The translations under genes and the position numbers were made by a program. Below are positions 1-9,574 of a stretch of DNA of 64,000 nt, piece after piece (positions within the stretch are counted from its first letter, which is position 1; each line of letters opens with the position of its first letter). A model generated the notes under the pieces. That model was not told the origin of the DNA, ran no database searches, and worked only from the letters and a program-made list of their open reading frames with translations. This stretch comes from Candidatus Nomurabacteria bacterium RIFCSPLOWO2_01_FULL_42_17 (GTDB lineage Bacteria; Patescibacteriota; Minisyncoccia; Phycocordibacterales; UBA9973): the NCBI GenBank assembly GCA_001785985.1, contig MFVE01000005.1:112533-176532 (forward strand), read 5' to 3'.

Positions 1-1274
1 TTAGGCTCGATTCTAAGAGATATCACTGGTTCTGGAAATACAATCCTGTCCAAAATGATTGGCTTCTCTTCATCGCAAATAGTGTCGGAAGTTATCGTGT
101 CTTTGAGCCCAACAGCCGCGGCAATTTCTCCAGCAAAAACTTGTTTTACTTCTTCGCGATCGTTCGCATGCATTCGGAGAATTCGGCCGATGCGCTCCTT
201 GTTGCGAGTGCGCGGATTGTAAATATAACTGCCGGCCGCGAGCGTACCAGAATAAACACGGAAGAAAATAATCTGACCGACGAACGGATCCGTCGCCACT
301 TTAAAAGCAAGTGCAGAAAAAGGCTCCGCGTCCGAAGCGCTTCTGGTTAAAACCGCATCATCATTATTTGGATCAATACCGGAAATAGGAGGAATATCTG
401 TCGGCGACGGCAAATAATCTATCACCGCATCGAGCACCAATTGCACGCCTTTATTCTTCAATGCGCTGCCCGCAAAAACTGGGAAAATCTCATTTGCGAT
501 CACAGCTTTACGCAAAGTTTTCTTTAATACATCCATACCCGGGATCATTCCTTCTAAATACTCCGTCATCATCTTGTCATCTGTTTCCACTATTTTCTCC
601 ACTAACATAGAATGATATTTTTCCGCCTCGGCTTTCATATTTTCCGGAATGTCTTTTTCAATAATCTTGTTGCCCATTTCTCCTTCAAAGTAAAAAGCCT
701 TCATGCGTAGCAGGTCAATCACACCTTCAAATTTATCTTCGAGGCCGATCGGTATCTGCACTCGCACTGCTTTTTTACTTAGTCTGTCTAAAATAGTTGC
801 GTAAGAATGTTCAAAAGAAGCGCCGGTTCTGTCTAATTTATTTATAAAACAAATACGAGGAACTTTCGCCTCATCCGCATAGCGCCAGTTCGTCTCTGAC
901 TGCGGCTCCACTCCAGCCACGCCGTCAAAAACCACGACCGCGCCGTCGAGAACGCGGAGAGACCTCTTCACCTCCACCGTAAAATCAATGTGCCCCGGAG
1001 TATCGATAATATTAAAACGATGCTTTTTGGTTTTATCAGCAGGAGCATAGGTCGGCGTCCAAAAACATGTCACCGCGGCGGCCGTAATCGTGATCCCGCG
1101 CTCGCGTTCTTGTTCCATCCAGTCGGTCGTCGTCTCGCCTTCGTGCACTTCGCCGATCTTATGCTTCACGCCAGTATAAAAAAGCACGCGTTCAGTCGTG
1201 GTCGTTTTTCCCGCATCAATGTGCGCGATAATTCCAAAATTTCTAACTTTTTCTAGAGGATAGTCTCTTTCCAT
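1..1274 (-). CDS. fusA: Elongation factor G (5' part; runs off the window)
   Basis: Manual minus-strand translation from ATG at 1274: [33 protein letters not shown]...[11 protein letters not shown]; lies downstream of rpsL-rpsG. Confidence 0.97.
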   Translation of the reverse strand, partial: MERDYPLEKVRNFGIIAHIDAGKTTTTERVLFYTGVKHKIGEVHEGETTTDWMEQERERGITITAAAVTCFWTPTYAPADKTKKHRFNIIDTPGHIDFTVEVKRSLRVLDGAVVVFDGVAGVEPQSETNWRYADEAKVPRICFINKLDRTGASFEHSYATILDRLSKKAVRVQIPIGLEDKFEGVIDLLRMKAFYFEGEMGNKIIEKDIPENMKAEAEKYHSMLVEKIVETDDKMMTEYLEGMIPGMDVLKKTLRKAVIANEIFPVFAGSALKNKGVQLVLDAVIDYLPSPTDIPPISGIDPNNDDAVLTRSASDAEPFSALAFKVATDPFVGQIIFFRVYSGTLAAGSYIYNPRTRNKERIGRILRMHANDREEVKQVFAGEIAAAVGLKDTITSDTICDEEKPIILDRIVFPEPVISLRIEP

Positions 1275-1310
1275 GTTTCAAATTAAAATCTTATATCTAA
1301 AATCTAATAA

Positions 1311-1679
1311 TTATTTTTGTAAACTCTTCTTCATTGTAATGACACTTGCGCCAAGAATTTTGGAAATTTCTATCGTTTCATCAATTATGGATTCGACACC
1401 AACTGGGAACCTATCTAAAGTATCTTTTAATAAATTAAGCCATAATTTTGTTTCGTTTGCTGATTTCAATGCGTGTAAATAAAAATTAATATAATCTTTT
1501 TTAGAACTGGCAGCTTGGGCCTCTGTTATATTCGCCGTAACTGAAGTTCCGCTTCTCAAAAGTTGCCTTGCTAAAATTTGTGTATTTGGATCATTTGGTA
1601 ATTTTTTTGTAAAATTAATTATATTAACTGCGTAATCATACACCCTCTTGCTAAAATTGTCTTTAAAATTGGAACTCAT
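1311..1679 (-). CDS. Four-helix-bundle protein (23S rRNA intervening-sequence protein family)
   Basis: Motifs QLLRSGTSVTANITEA and ALKSANETKLWL typical of the family. Confidence 0.85.
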   Translation of the reverse strand: MSSNFKDNFSKRVYDYAVNIINFTKKLPNDPNTQILARQLLRSGTSVTANITEAQAASSKKDYINFYLHALKSANETKLWLNLLKDTLDRFPVGVESIIDETIEISKILGASVITMKKSLQK

Positions 1680-1720
1680 GGAAGATTTTAGATCTCAAAT
1701 TTCATCTTTAAGTTTGAAAT

Positions 1721-2191
1721 CTACCAAGCAAAGTGGGCAAAAGCTTTGTTGGCTTCGGCCATTTTGTGCGTGTCTTCTTTCTTTTTAATCGCCGAGCCTT
1801 CGTTCTTGGAAGCGGCGATCAATTCATCTGCGAGTTTGATATGCATTGGTTTGCCTTTGCCACCGCGAGCCGCATCGCGAATCCAGCGCATCGCGAGAGC
1901 GAGTTTTCTTTCAGCGCGGACCTCGATCGGTATCTGATAGTTTGCGCCTCCAATGCGCTTCGAACGCACTTCGGTCGAAGGGCCGGCGTTCTTCATCGCT
2001 AGATCAAAAATCTCCAGCGGATTTGGATTGCCTGTTTTTTCTTTGATCACATCAAAAGTCGAATACATGACTTTGCGCGCAGTCTCTTTTTTCCCAGACC
2101 ACATGATGTAATTGATAAACTTCTCTAGTTTTGTAGAGTTGTAAACAAAGTCTGGAGCAACGATATTTCTATTTTTTACTTTTCTTCGCAT
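1721..2191 (-). CDS. rpsG: 30S ribosomal protein S7
   Basis: EVRSKRIGGANYQIP; HKMAEANKAFAHF. Confidence 0.98.
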   Translation of the reverse strand: MRRKVKNRNIVAPDFVYNSTKLEKFINYIMWSGKKETARKVMYSTFDVIKEKTGNPNPLEIFDLAMKNAGPSTEVRSKRIGGANYQIPIEVRAERKLALAMRWIRDAARGGKGKPMHIKLADELIAASKNEGSAIKKKEDTHKMAEANKAFAHFAW

Positions 2192-2214
2192 ATTTTTTAC
2201 TTTATAACTTTCTA

Positions 2215-2640
2215 CTACTTAGCCTTCGCTTCTTTGGGTTTCTTGTTTCCATAAAGCGACCTGCCTTGTCGGCGTTTTTCCACTCCCTGCGTATCCAAAA
2301 CTCCGCGCACTATGTGATATCGCACTCCGATCAAGTCTTTCACGCGTCCTCCGCGCAACATGACGACAGAGTGCTCTTGCAGATTGTGCCCTTCGCCCGG
2401 AATATAAGCAGTCACTTCCATGCCGTTCGTCAGTCGCACTCTCGCAATCTTGCGTAGAGCTGAGTTTGGCTTCTTTGGAGTCGTGGTGGAAACTTTGACG
2501 CAAACACCACGCTTGAAAGGGCTAGAAAAAAACACTGGCCTATTTTTTAAGACGTTAAATCCGCGCGTCAAAGCCACCGTCTTGTCTTTCGGATGAGCTT
2601 TCACTCTCGGCTTTTTGATTAATTGGTTGATTGTTGGCAT
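2215..2640 (-). CDS. rpsL: 30S ribosomal protein S12
   Basis: [11 protein letters not shown]; GHNLQEHS; GGRVKDL. Confidence 0.98.
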   Translation of the reverse strand: MPTINQLIKKPRVKAHPKDKTVALTRGFNVLKNRPVFFSSPFKRGVCVKVSTTTPKKPNSALRKIARVRLTNGMEVTAYIPGEGHNLQEHSVVMLRGGRVKDLIGVRYHIVRGVLDTQGVEKRRQGRSLYGNKKPKEAKAK

Positions 2641-2725
2641 AATTTAACACAGGCTTTAGGCGCTAGGCTCTAGCTAAAATAAAAAAGCCCGAAAAGACTC
2701 AGCTCGTAATTTACTATAAACTACC

Positions 2726-3346
2726 CTAAAACGCAAGACCTGTGAGAAAATGGAATAGAAAGATCAAGATCGGAGCCAAATAGTCCGCAAAAAATATAAT
2801 AAAAATCAGTAACAAAATTAAAGAATACTGCTCAAGCTTGAAAAGAGTTGAGGCAAAAGACTCAGGTAAAAAAGAAAAAAGTATTTTGGATCCATCAAGC
2901 GGCGGAATCGGAACCAAGTTAAATATTCCCAAGGCTAAATTTATCACCACAATAATAGAGGTTATAAAATAAAATCCGTCTGGCAAGGCTAGGCCAGTCG
3001 TCAGGCGAATGATAATGCCGAAGATAATAGCGATAGAAAAGTTGGAAAGAACGCCGGCGGCCGCTACCCAAAATGTCCCCCATTTTTTATCTCTCAAATT
3101 TTCCGGATTATAAGGCACTGGCTTCGCCCAGCCGAACAAAAAAGGAGAATGAGATAAGACCAAAAATACTGGCAGAAGCACGGAACCAAAAAGATCTAAA
3201 TGCACCAGCGGGTTGAGAGTCAGGCGACCAGCGTGCCGGGCAGTCTTGTCGCCGAAATATTCCGCCATAAAGCCATGCGCGACTTCGTGAATCACTATCG
3301 ACATCACCAGTATGATTATATAAAACACCGCATCGGTTGCTTGCAT
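2726..3346 (-). CDS. Site-2 protease family (M50) membrane metalloprotease
   Basis: HEVAH zinc motif; FNLVPIPPLDG. Confidence 0.93.
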   Translation of the reverse strand: MQATDAVFYIIILVMSIVIHEVAHGFMAEYFGDKTARHAGRLTLNPLVHLDLFGSVLLPVFLVLSHSPFLFGWAKPVPYNPENLRDKKWGTFWVAAAGVLSNFSIAIIFGIIIRLTTGLALPDGFYFITSIIVVINLALGIFNLVPIPPLDGSKILFSFLPESFASTLFKLEQYSLILLLIFIIFFADYLAPILIFLFHFLTGLAF

Positions 3347-3392
3347 AATGATAACTTTAATGATAGCATGAAAAAACCATAAAGAAAATCAG

Positions 3393-3635
3393 ATGAAAAT
3401 ATGCGTTATAACAAAAAAGAGTTCAATTCTCGGAGGCGGATACTCCAACAGGACCCGTGCGACCAAATTCAACCCTACCGGCACAGTACGAAAACATATA
3501 AATCTTCAAAAGAAAAGAATTTTTGTGCCTGAAATCAATAAATTCATAAACATAGAAATCTCTACTAAAGGCATGCGCACCATGAAGAAAAACGGTGCTT
3601 ACGCCACTCTCCTCAAAGCTGGATTAGTAAAATAA
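3393..3635 (+). CDS. rpmB: 50S ribosomal protein L28
   Basis: Short basic protein; NLQKKRIF and ISTKGMRT match the L28 pattern. Confidence 0.85.
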   Translation: MKICVITKKSSILGGGYSNRTRATKFNPTGTVRKHINLQKKRIFVPEINKFINIEISTKGMRTMKKNGAYATLLKAGLVK

Positions 3636-3641
3636 AAACCA

Positions 3642-4862
3642 CTACGCTGGCACGAAAGTCAGCGCAGTTCCCTTTTTGCCCGAGCGGCCGGTCCGGCCGA
3701 TGCGATGCACATAGGTATCATAGGTTTGCGGCACATCGTAGTTGATGACATGGGTAACATCTGGAATGTCCAGTCCCCTCGCGGCCACATCGGTCGCGAT
3801 CAATATATTTATTTTGTCATGTTTGAATGAATCTAAAATTCGAATTCGCTCTCGGCTCCTCTTATCGCCATGAATCCCGCCTACTTTGAATCCGAAGGTG
3901 TGCAATTCTTTCGCTAGAGAATCCACGCTATGTTTCATCTCGCGGAAAATCAAAACTTTATCTGAACCGTCCTTTTTCAAGACTTCGTGCAATTTTTCTA
4001 ATTTTTCTTCTTTGGTTTTAAAACGAACCACATCTTGATCAATATTTTTCGCTGTTTCGCCGGAAATTACCGAAATAAAAGCGGGATCTTTTAAATATTG
4101 TTCTGTCATTTTTCTAATTTCTGGAGAAAGAGTCGCAGAGAAAAATAGAGTCTGGCGTTCTTTGGCAGTTTTCCCAATTATAAACACCATATCGTCGCGG
4201 AATCCCATATCGAGCATTCTGTCAGCCTCGTCGAGCACCACAGAATGACAAGTGGATAGATCTAAAACTTTTTTCTCGATCAAGTCTCGCAGACGTCCGG
4301 GTGTGCCGATGACAAACGAAACTCCCAGCTTTATTTCTCTTATTTGCTTCATGATCGGCAGCCCACCCACGCAAGCCACCGAAAACATTCCAAACCCAAA
4401 AGCGAGCGTCTTAAAATCACTTTCTATTTGTAGCGCCAGTTCGCGAGTCGGTGCCATGATCAGGACCATCTCTCTTTTGGATAGCCCTTTAGTTTTAGAA
4501 ATTTTCTCAATCAGCGGCAGGAGAAAAGCCGCTGTCTTGCCGGTGCCGGTATTGGCCATGCCGAAAACATCCGCACCTTTTAGGACTGTCGGAATAGCTT
4601 GGTCTTGGATCGGTCGAGGATGGATGAATCCAGCCCCTTTAATATTTTTATGAAGTTGCGGATTGAAAGGAAAATCTGCAAAGGTATGTTTAGAGACATA
4701 AGGCTTTTCCTCCAGATGAATCGCTTTTTTGATGAAACGAGAAAAATCTATCCGTTCGCCACGAGATCTGCTATTATTCTTTTTTTGGAAACGCGGTCTT
4801 CCCTTGAAGGAAGACGGGCGACGTCCGAATTTCTTCGGAGCAGCCGAATGAGGTTTATACAT
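3642..4862 (-). CDS. DEAD-box RNA helicase
   Basis: TGTGKT, PTRELA, LDEADRM, SAT, HRIGRTGR. Confidence 0.97.
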   Translation of the reverse strand: MYKPHSAAPKKFGRRPSSFKGRPRFQKKNNSRSRGERIDFSRFIKKAIHLEEKPYVSKHTFADFPFNPQLHKNIKGAGFIHPRPIQDQAIPTVLKGADVFGMANTGTGKTAAFLLPLIEKISKTKGLSKREMVLIMAPTRELALQIESDFKTLAFGFGMFSVACVGGLPIMKQIREIKLGVSFVIGTPGRLRDLIEKKVLDLSTCHSVVLDEADRMLDMGFRDDMVFIIGKTAKERQTLFFSATLSPEIRKMTEQYLKDPAFISVISGETAKNIDQDVVRFKTKEEKLEKLHEVLKKDGSDKVLIFREMKHSVDSLAKELHTFGFKVGGIHGDKRSRERIRILDSFKHDKINILIATDVAARGLDIPDVTHVINYDVPQTYDTYVHRIGRTGRSGKKGTALTFVPA

Positions 4863-4989
4863 ATTGTTTATCTTGGGTCACTCCCAAGATGCAAAACTGC
4901 AAGAGATGAGAATGATGTATCAAGTATAGCACTTTGCCCTGAAGTTGTCAACACTTTTTAAAATTTTACTTAAAAGCTATAATCAAACT

Positions 4990-5970
4990 ATGCAAAGCAA
5001 ACTAACAGGCAAACACGTAGACGAATCATATTTAGACCTCTTGGAACATATCTTGAAAAATGGCGCGACCAAGACTGACCGCACGGGCACTGGCACAAAA
5101 AGCCTGCTCGGATATCAAATGCGTTTTGATCTATCTGATGGCTTTCCCCTTCTGACTACAAAGAAAGTGCCGATCAAATCCATCATTCACGAATTGCTAT
5201 GGTTCATGCGCGGAGACACAAATTTAAAATATTTGGCGGATAATAACGTACACATCTGGGACGAATGGCCATACAAAGCTTATCTGATTAAAAATAAAAT
5301 GAATGTGCCAAAGACTGGTAGTGAAGAATGGAACACCGGCCTAAAAGAATTTATCGAAAAAATAAAGACAGATGAAAAATTCTCCAAAGAATATGGAAAC
5401 CTCGGGCCCATTTACGGATATCAATGGAGAAGCTGGCCCGCCTACGCCGAGGCTTCGGCGGGTAAACCCGCTCACAAATATCACATTGATCAATTGAAAA
5501 ATGTAATAGAAGACATCAAGAAAACCCCAGACTCGCGTCGGCTTATTGTATCCGCTTGGAACGTGGCCGACATAGATGAGATGGCAAAGGCCGGACTCCC
5601 CCCCTGCCATTGTTTTTTTCAATTTTATGTAGTCGATGGCAAACTCTCTTGCCAGCTTTATCAGCGTTCATGCGACACATTTCTCGGCGTTCCATTCAAC
5701 ATCGCTTCCTACGCTTTATTCACGATGATCATCGCGCAGATTTGCGGACTAAAGCCTGGAGAATTTGTCTGGACTGGAGGCGATGTGCATCTATATTCCA
5801 ATCATTTAGAACAAGCAAAACTTCAGATCTCTCGCAGGAGTGACATCCGCCCTATGCCAAAGATGAAAATAAATCCAAATAAAAATAAAATAGAAGATTT
5901 CGTTATAGAAGATTTTGAATTGGTTGATTATAATCCTCACGATAGTATCAAGGCGCCTATCGCCGTATAG
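4990..5970 (+). CDS. thyA: Thymidylate synthase
   Basis: DRTGTGT, LPPCH, YQRSCD, GVPFN; start moved to the ATG at 4990. Confidence 0.97.
   Translation: MQSKLTGKHVDESYLDLLEHILKNGATKTDRTGTGTKSLLGYQMRFDLSDGFPLLTTKKVPIKSIIHELLWFMRGDTNLKYLADNNVHIWDEWPYKAYLIKNKMNVPKTGSEEWNTGLKEFIEKIKTDEKFSKEYGNLGPIYGYQWRSWPAYAEASAGKPAHKYHIDQLKNVIEDIKKTPDSRRLIVSAWNVADIDEMAKAGLPPCHCFFQFYVVDGKLSCQLYQRSCDTFLGVPFNIASYALFTMIIAQICGLKPGEFVWTGGDVHLYSNHLEQAKLQISRRSDIRPMPKMKINPNKNKIEDFVIEDFELVDYNPHDSIKAPIAV
5437..5462. repeat. GC-rich palindromic element, in frame in thyA
   Basis: cccgcctacgccgaggcttcggcggg encodes PAYAEASAG; related copies in murB, uvrB and uvrC. Confidence 0.8.
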
Positions 5971-5979
5971 AAATACCTG

Positions 5980-6049
5980 TCCCGTACTAAATTTTTTAGA
6001 AAAAACAAATGGTCAATATTAATAACAATTTAAAATTTTAGTACCGGGA
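5980..6049. repeat. Intergenic inverted-repeat element between thyA and folA
   Basis: tcccgtactaaatttttta ... taaaattttagtaccggga imperfect terminal inverted repeats. Confidence 0.65.
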
Positions 6050-6537
6050 TGATTTCACTTATCGCAGCCATTGGTAAAAATAATGAACTCGGCAAAGGCA
6101 ACACCCTGCTCTGGCACATGCCTGCGGATATGAAACATTTCCGAGATACTACCGCCTTGCACGCAGTTGTTATGGGAAGAAAAACTTTTGAATCGATCGG
6201 AAAGCCTTTGCCGAACAGAAGAAATGTAATGATTACCCGAGATGTAAATTACAAGCAGAAAGGAGTTGAAATTGTCCATTCGTTGGCTGCGGCCTTGGAT
6301 TTATTTCCCGATCAAAATGAGGAAATTTTTATCATCGGCGGAGCGGAAATCTATAAGCAAACTATGCCGATTGCCGACAGACTTTATATCACACACATAG
6401 AAGCCGAAGATAAAACCGCTGATACTTTTTTCCCTGAAATTATTCCAGTGGTTTGGAACGAGGTATCACACGAAGAACACGGGTCTGACGAAAAAAATCC
6501 TTTTGCTTATACTTTTTCAGTATACGAGAAAATTTAA
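6049..6537 (+). CDS. folA: Dihydrofolate reductase
   Basis: VVMGRKTFESIGKPLPNRRN; IIGGAEIY. Confidence 0.97.
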   Translation: MISLIAAIGKNNELGKGNTLLWHMPADMKHFRDTTALHAVVMGRKTFESIGKPLPNRRNVMITRDVNYKQKGVEIVHSLAAALDLFPDQNEEIFIIGGAEIYKQTMPIADRLYITHIEAEDKTADTFFPEIIPVVWNEVSHEEHGSDEKNPFAYTFSVYEKI

Positions 6538-6863
6538 GGATCCTCCGGAGTTTTGATGCGAATGAAAATATCTTTGCCTTCGGGAGTTTTTTCTTTTTTA
6601 TATTTGCGGTTTCTGTTAATTTCAATCTTGCGAACGAGCTCTTTTTCAAGATCAAAACCCATTTTCTCGCACATCCCCAACATGAATATAGCCACATCGG
6701 CAAATTCCTCAGCTACCCCGGGCTCATTTTTATTGAATTTAGAAAAGGCTTCCGAAAGCTCTTCGTGCGCGCGGCAAAAATCGATCGCGACATCATTCGT
6801 AAATCCTTTTTCCATCTTATTTCGCATCACTTCTTTCTGCAATTTTTTAAGGTCTACGGACAT
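6534..6863 (-). CDS. MazG-like nucleotide pyrophosphohydrolase
   Basis: EELSEA...EEFADV acidic motifs. Confidence 0.8.
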   Translation of the reverse strand: MSVDLKKLQKEVMRNKMEKGFTNDVAIDFCRAHEELSEAFSKFNKNEPGVAEEFADVAIFMLGMCEKMGFDLEKELVRKIEINRNRKYKKEKTPEGKDIFIRIKTPEDP

Positions 6864-6865
6864 AA

Positions 6866-7363
6866 TTATTGGTCTTTGTAAGATTCAACTTTTTTATTTA
6901 TAATTTCCAGTTTTACCCCGGCTTTTTTAAAAATTTTTTTACTTTTAGCACTTGCATGATAGTCTTGCAACACAACATTGCGTTTAATTCCTGCATTTAT
7001 AATTGTTTTTGCGCAAGTATAGCAAGGAGTCATTTTACAATACAGAGTTGCACCTTCAATTGCTACACCAAAACGGGCAGCATTTGCAATAACATTTAAT
7101 TCTGCATGAGATGTCCTAAGACAATGTCGAGATACTGTCCCGTCATCTGCCGTGACAGTATGCATATCATGTCCAACTTCATCACAATGAGGAAGCCCCA
7201 TAGGTGACCCGACATATCCAGTAGCAAGAATTCTCTTATCTTTAACTAAGATCGCACCCGAACGTCCACGATCACAAGTGCCGCGCGAACCAACCACGTC
7301 AACCATACGAAGAAAATATTCATCCCAAGACAGTCTTATATATTTGACAGGTTTTGTTCTCAT
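6866..7363 (-). CDS. dCMP deaminase family protein
   Basis: HAELN and PCYTC zinc motifs; SWDEYF N-terminus. Confidence 0.92.
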   Translation of the reverse strand: MRTKPVKYIRLSWDEYFLRMVDVVGSRGTCDRGRSGAILVKDKRILATGYVGSPMGLPHCDEVGHDMHTVTADDGTVSRHCLRTSHAELNVIANAARFGVAIEGATLYCKMTPCYTCAKTIINAGIKRNVVLQDYHASAKSKKIFKKAGVKLEIINKKVESYKDQ

Positions 7364-7405
7364 TTCTTTAGTATACTCCTAAAAAAAGAGAAGTGAAGAA
7401 CTACT

Positions 7406-7831
7406 TCACTTCGATACCTCGATGCCCATTGAGCGAGCGCTTCCGGCGATGATGTTGATGGCGCCTTCGTCATCTTTCGCATTCAAATCTGCTCTTTTTT
7501 TATTTGCTATTTCCAGCGCTTGAGCCCTGGTTATTTTACCAGCCTTGGTTTTAACATTGGTGCCAGAACCTTTCTCTACTCCGGCCGCTTTTAAAATAAG
7601 ACCGGTGGCTGGTGGGGTTTTTACCACGAAATCATAACTGCGGTCTTCATAAACAGTAATCGAAACTCCAACTTTATCCCCCGCCATGTCTTTCGTCGCG
7701 GCATTGAATTTAGTCACGAAGTCCCCTATATTTATGCCCGCTTGTCCGAGCGCTGGCCCAAGTGGCGGCGCTGGGGTAGCCTTGGCGGCTTGAATCTGAA
7801 GTTTTATTTTTTTGGTGATTTTTTTTGCCAT
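7406..7831 (-). CDS. rplK: 50S ribosomal protein L11
   Basis: [13 protein letters not shown]; ARSMGIEV. Confidence 0.98.
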   Translation of the reverse strand: MAKKITKKIKLQIQAAKATPAPPLGPALGQAGINIGDFVTKFNAATKDMAGDKVGVSITVYEDRSYDFVVKTPPATGLILKAAGVEKGSGTNVKTKAGKITRAQALEIANKKRADLNAKDDEGAINIIAGSARSMGIEVSK

Positions 7832-7847
7832 ATACGGGTAGATTATA

Positions 7848-8390
7848 TTATATTTTCTTAACTTGCAAGAAATCTAATTCCACTGGAGTTTCGCGGCCGA
7901 ACATCGAGACTAGCACTTTGACTTTCCCGCGCTCCTCGTCCACTGAATTAACTTTACCTTCCAGATCTTTAAACGGGCCGTCAGTGATCAAAATGCTCTC
8001 GCCGATCGCCATGTCAATATTATGTTTCGCCGTACCGGCGTCCATCTTCTTGAAAAGATAATCCACTTCTTCTTTTTTTAGAGGCACCGGATTCACTCCG
8101 GCACCCACGAAGCCAGTGACCCTAGGAGTATTCCTCACCACATACCAAGAATCATCCGTCACGATCATGTCCACCAAGACATAGCCCGGATAAATCTTTT
8201 CTTCCACTTCCACTCTCTTGCCCGCCTTTATTTTTATTTTCTTTTCAATCGGAACAATAACATTAAAAATTTTATCGTTCATACCGAGCGAATCGATACG
8301 CTGACGCAAGTTGCGCAAAACAACATTCTCATACCCGGCATAAGTATGGATGGCATACCAATTTCTAACTCCTTGTTCTTCTTGTTTCAT
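7848..8390 (-). CDS. nusG: Transcription termination/antitermination factor NusG
   Basis: [11 protein letters not shown]; PGYVLV; KOW domain; FGRETPVEL. Confidence 0.98.
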   Translation of the reverse strand: MKQEEQGVRNWYAIHTYAGYENVVLRNLRQRIDSLGMNDKIFNVIVPIEKKIKIKAGKRVEVEEKIYPGYVLVDMIVTDDSWYVVRNTPRVTGFVGAGVNPVPLKKEEVDYLFKKMDAGTAKHNIDMAIGESILITDGPFKDLEGKVNSVDEERGKVKVLVSMFGRETPVELDFLQVKKI

Positions 8391-8425
8391 GAATTGAATT
8401 TTTAAACTTACGAAATTTATAACTT

Positions 8426-8611
8426 TTAACTGCCGATAACTTTTTCTAAGCCCTTAGAAAAAATGAAGTCAAAAATACCTAAATAATACGCAACTAGAAC
8501 AGACAAAACTATCACAACCAAGGTGTAGAAAAGAGTCTGACGTTTGCTAGGCCAAATCACATGTTTTAATTCTGTCTTTGTTTCTTTCAAATATTCAGTA
8601 ATTTTTGACAT
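8426..8611 (-). CDS. secE: Preprotein translocase subunit SecE
   Basis: ELKHVIWPS plus one TM helix; directly upstream of nusG. Confidence 0.95.
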   Translation of the reverse strand: MSKITEYLKETKTELKHVIWPSKRQTLFYTLVVIVLSVLVAYYLGIFDFIFSKGLEKVIGS

Positions 8612-8715
8612 AGATGCCTTTGGGGCAAAATTCTTTATAAAAAAGCCCCTCGCAGGGCTCTTTTAATACTACTCTTTTTGGTTAAAATAGTCAAATTAAA
8701 TTGCAATTCCTGCGT

Positions 8716-9549
8716 TTAACGTATCTCGTAAGTTATCGTGACGTCCGAGCTGATGGTGTTCTCGCCTTTTGGAAGCACGGCCGGAGTAGATGTTCCTCCC
8801 GTACTGTCCTTCATCATAACCTCAGCATAATAGATAGGGCCGCCGCCGCTCTCATAGAAACTTGTAATTTTGACCAGTCTCACGCCTAAATCTTTTGCTA
8901 AAATTTCCGCTTTTTGTTTGGCGTCATCAATCGCCTTTTTTCGAGCTTGCGCTTGAAGTGCATCCATGTCATCAATTTCATAATTCGGACCGTTTAAATC
9001 AGACACACCTACTTCTCCTAGACCTTGTATGATCACGCCAGCATCATCAACATTGCGGATTTTTACGATAATATTTTCACTCGCGGTATAATCGGTTAGT
9101 ACGCGCCTGCTACCCGGACAAGAAGGATAGGATGGGCTCACTGTCCCGGCAGTACCCTCACCCATAGGGACTGGCATAGGACATACTGCCTGCTTGTATT
9201 CATAGTTAGGATATAAAGACACATTATTAGTTTTGATATCTTTTTCGGCCACACCTTTTGATTTCAAAAAGTCCAAAGCTTGTTTCTCAACCACCGCGAC
9301 AGCGGCTTGGGCTGCTTCGCCTGTTTTACTGTCTTTACTGATCGTGAAATAAATACTAGCAATGTCTGGCACCCCCGTCACCTCTCCGTGACCTGAAAAT
9401 GAAATGGTCGCCGGAGTAGCGCTTTCTCCGAGCAAACTGGTTTGCTTTACTTCTGAAAATATTTTAACTGCAAAATAAACTGACCCAATAATCGCCAAAA
9501 CTAAAAGCGCTTTCATTAAATTTGATTTTTCTTTTGTTAAGTTTTCCAT
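8716..9549 (-). CDS. SIMPL (DUF541) domain exported protein
   Basis: N-terminal TM; ISFSGHGEV..VPD; ARKKAIDDAKQKAE. Confidence 0.88.
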   Translation of the reverse strand: MENLTKEKSNLMKALLVLAIIGSVYFAVKIFSEVKQTSLLGESATPATISFSGHGEVTGVPDIASIYFTISKDSKTGEAAQAAVAVVEKQALDFLKSKGVAEKDIKTNNVSLYPNYEYKQAVCPMPVPMGEGTAGTVSPSYPSCPGSRRVLTDYTASENIIVKIRNVDDAGVIIQGLGEVGVSDLNGPNYEIDDMDALQAQARKKAIDDAKQKAEILAKDLGVRLVKITSFYESGGGPIYYAEVMMKDSTGGTSTPAVLPKGENTISSDVTITYEIR

Positions 9550-9574
9550 AGATTCATTATACACCCAAAAAAAC

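Noticed and set aside
1311-1679. Four-helix-bundle gene as the Avd partner of the RT at 45.5 kb
   Set aside because: 44 kb away with no TR nearby; motifs fit the generic family
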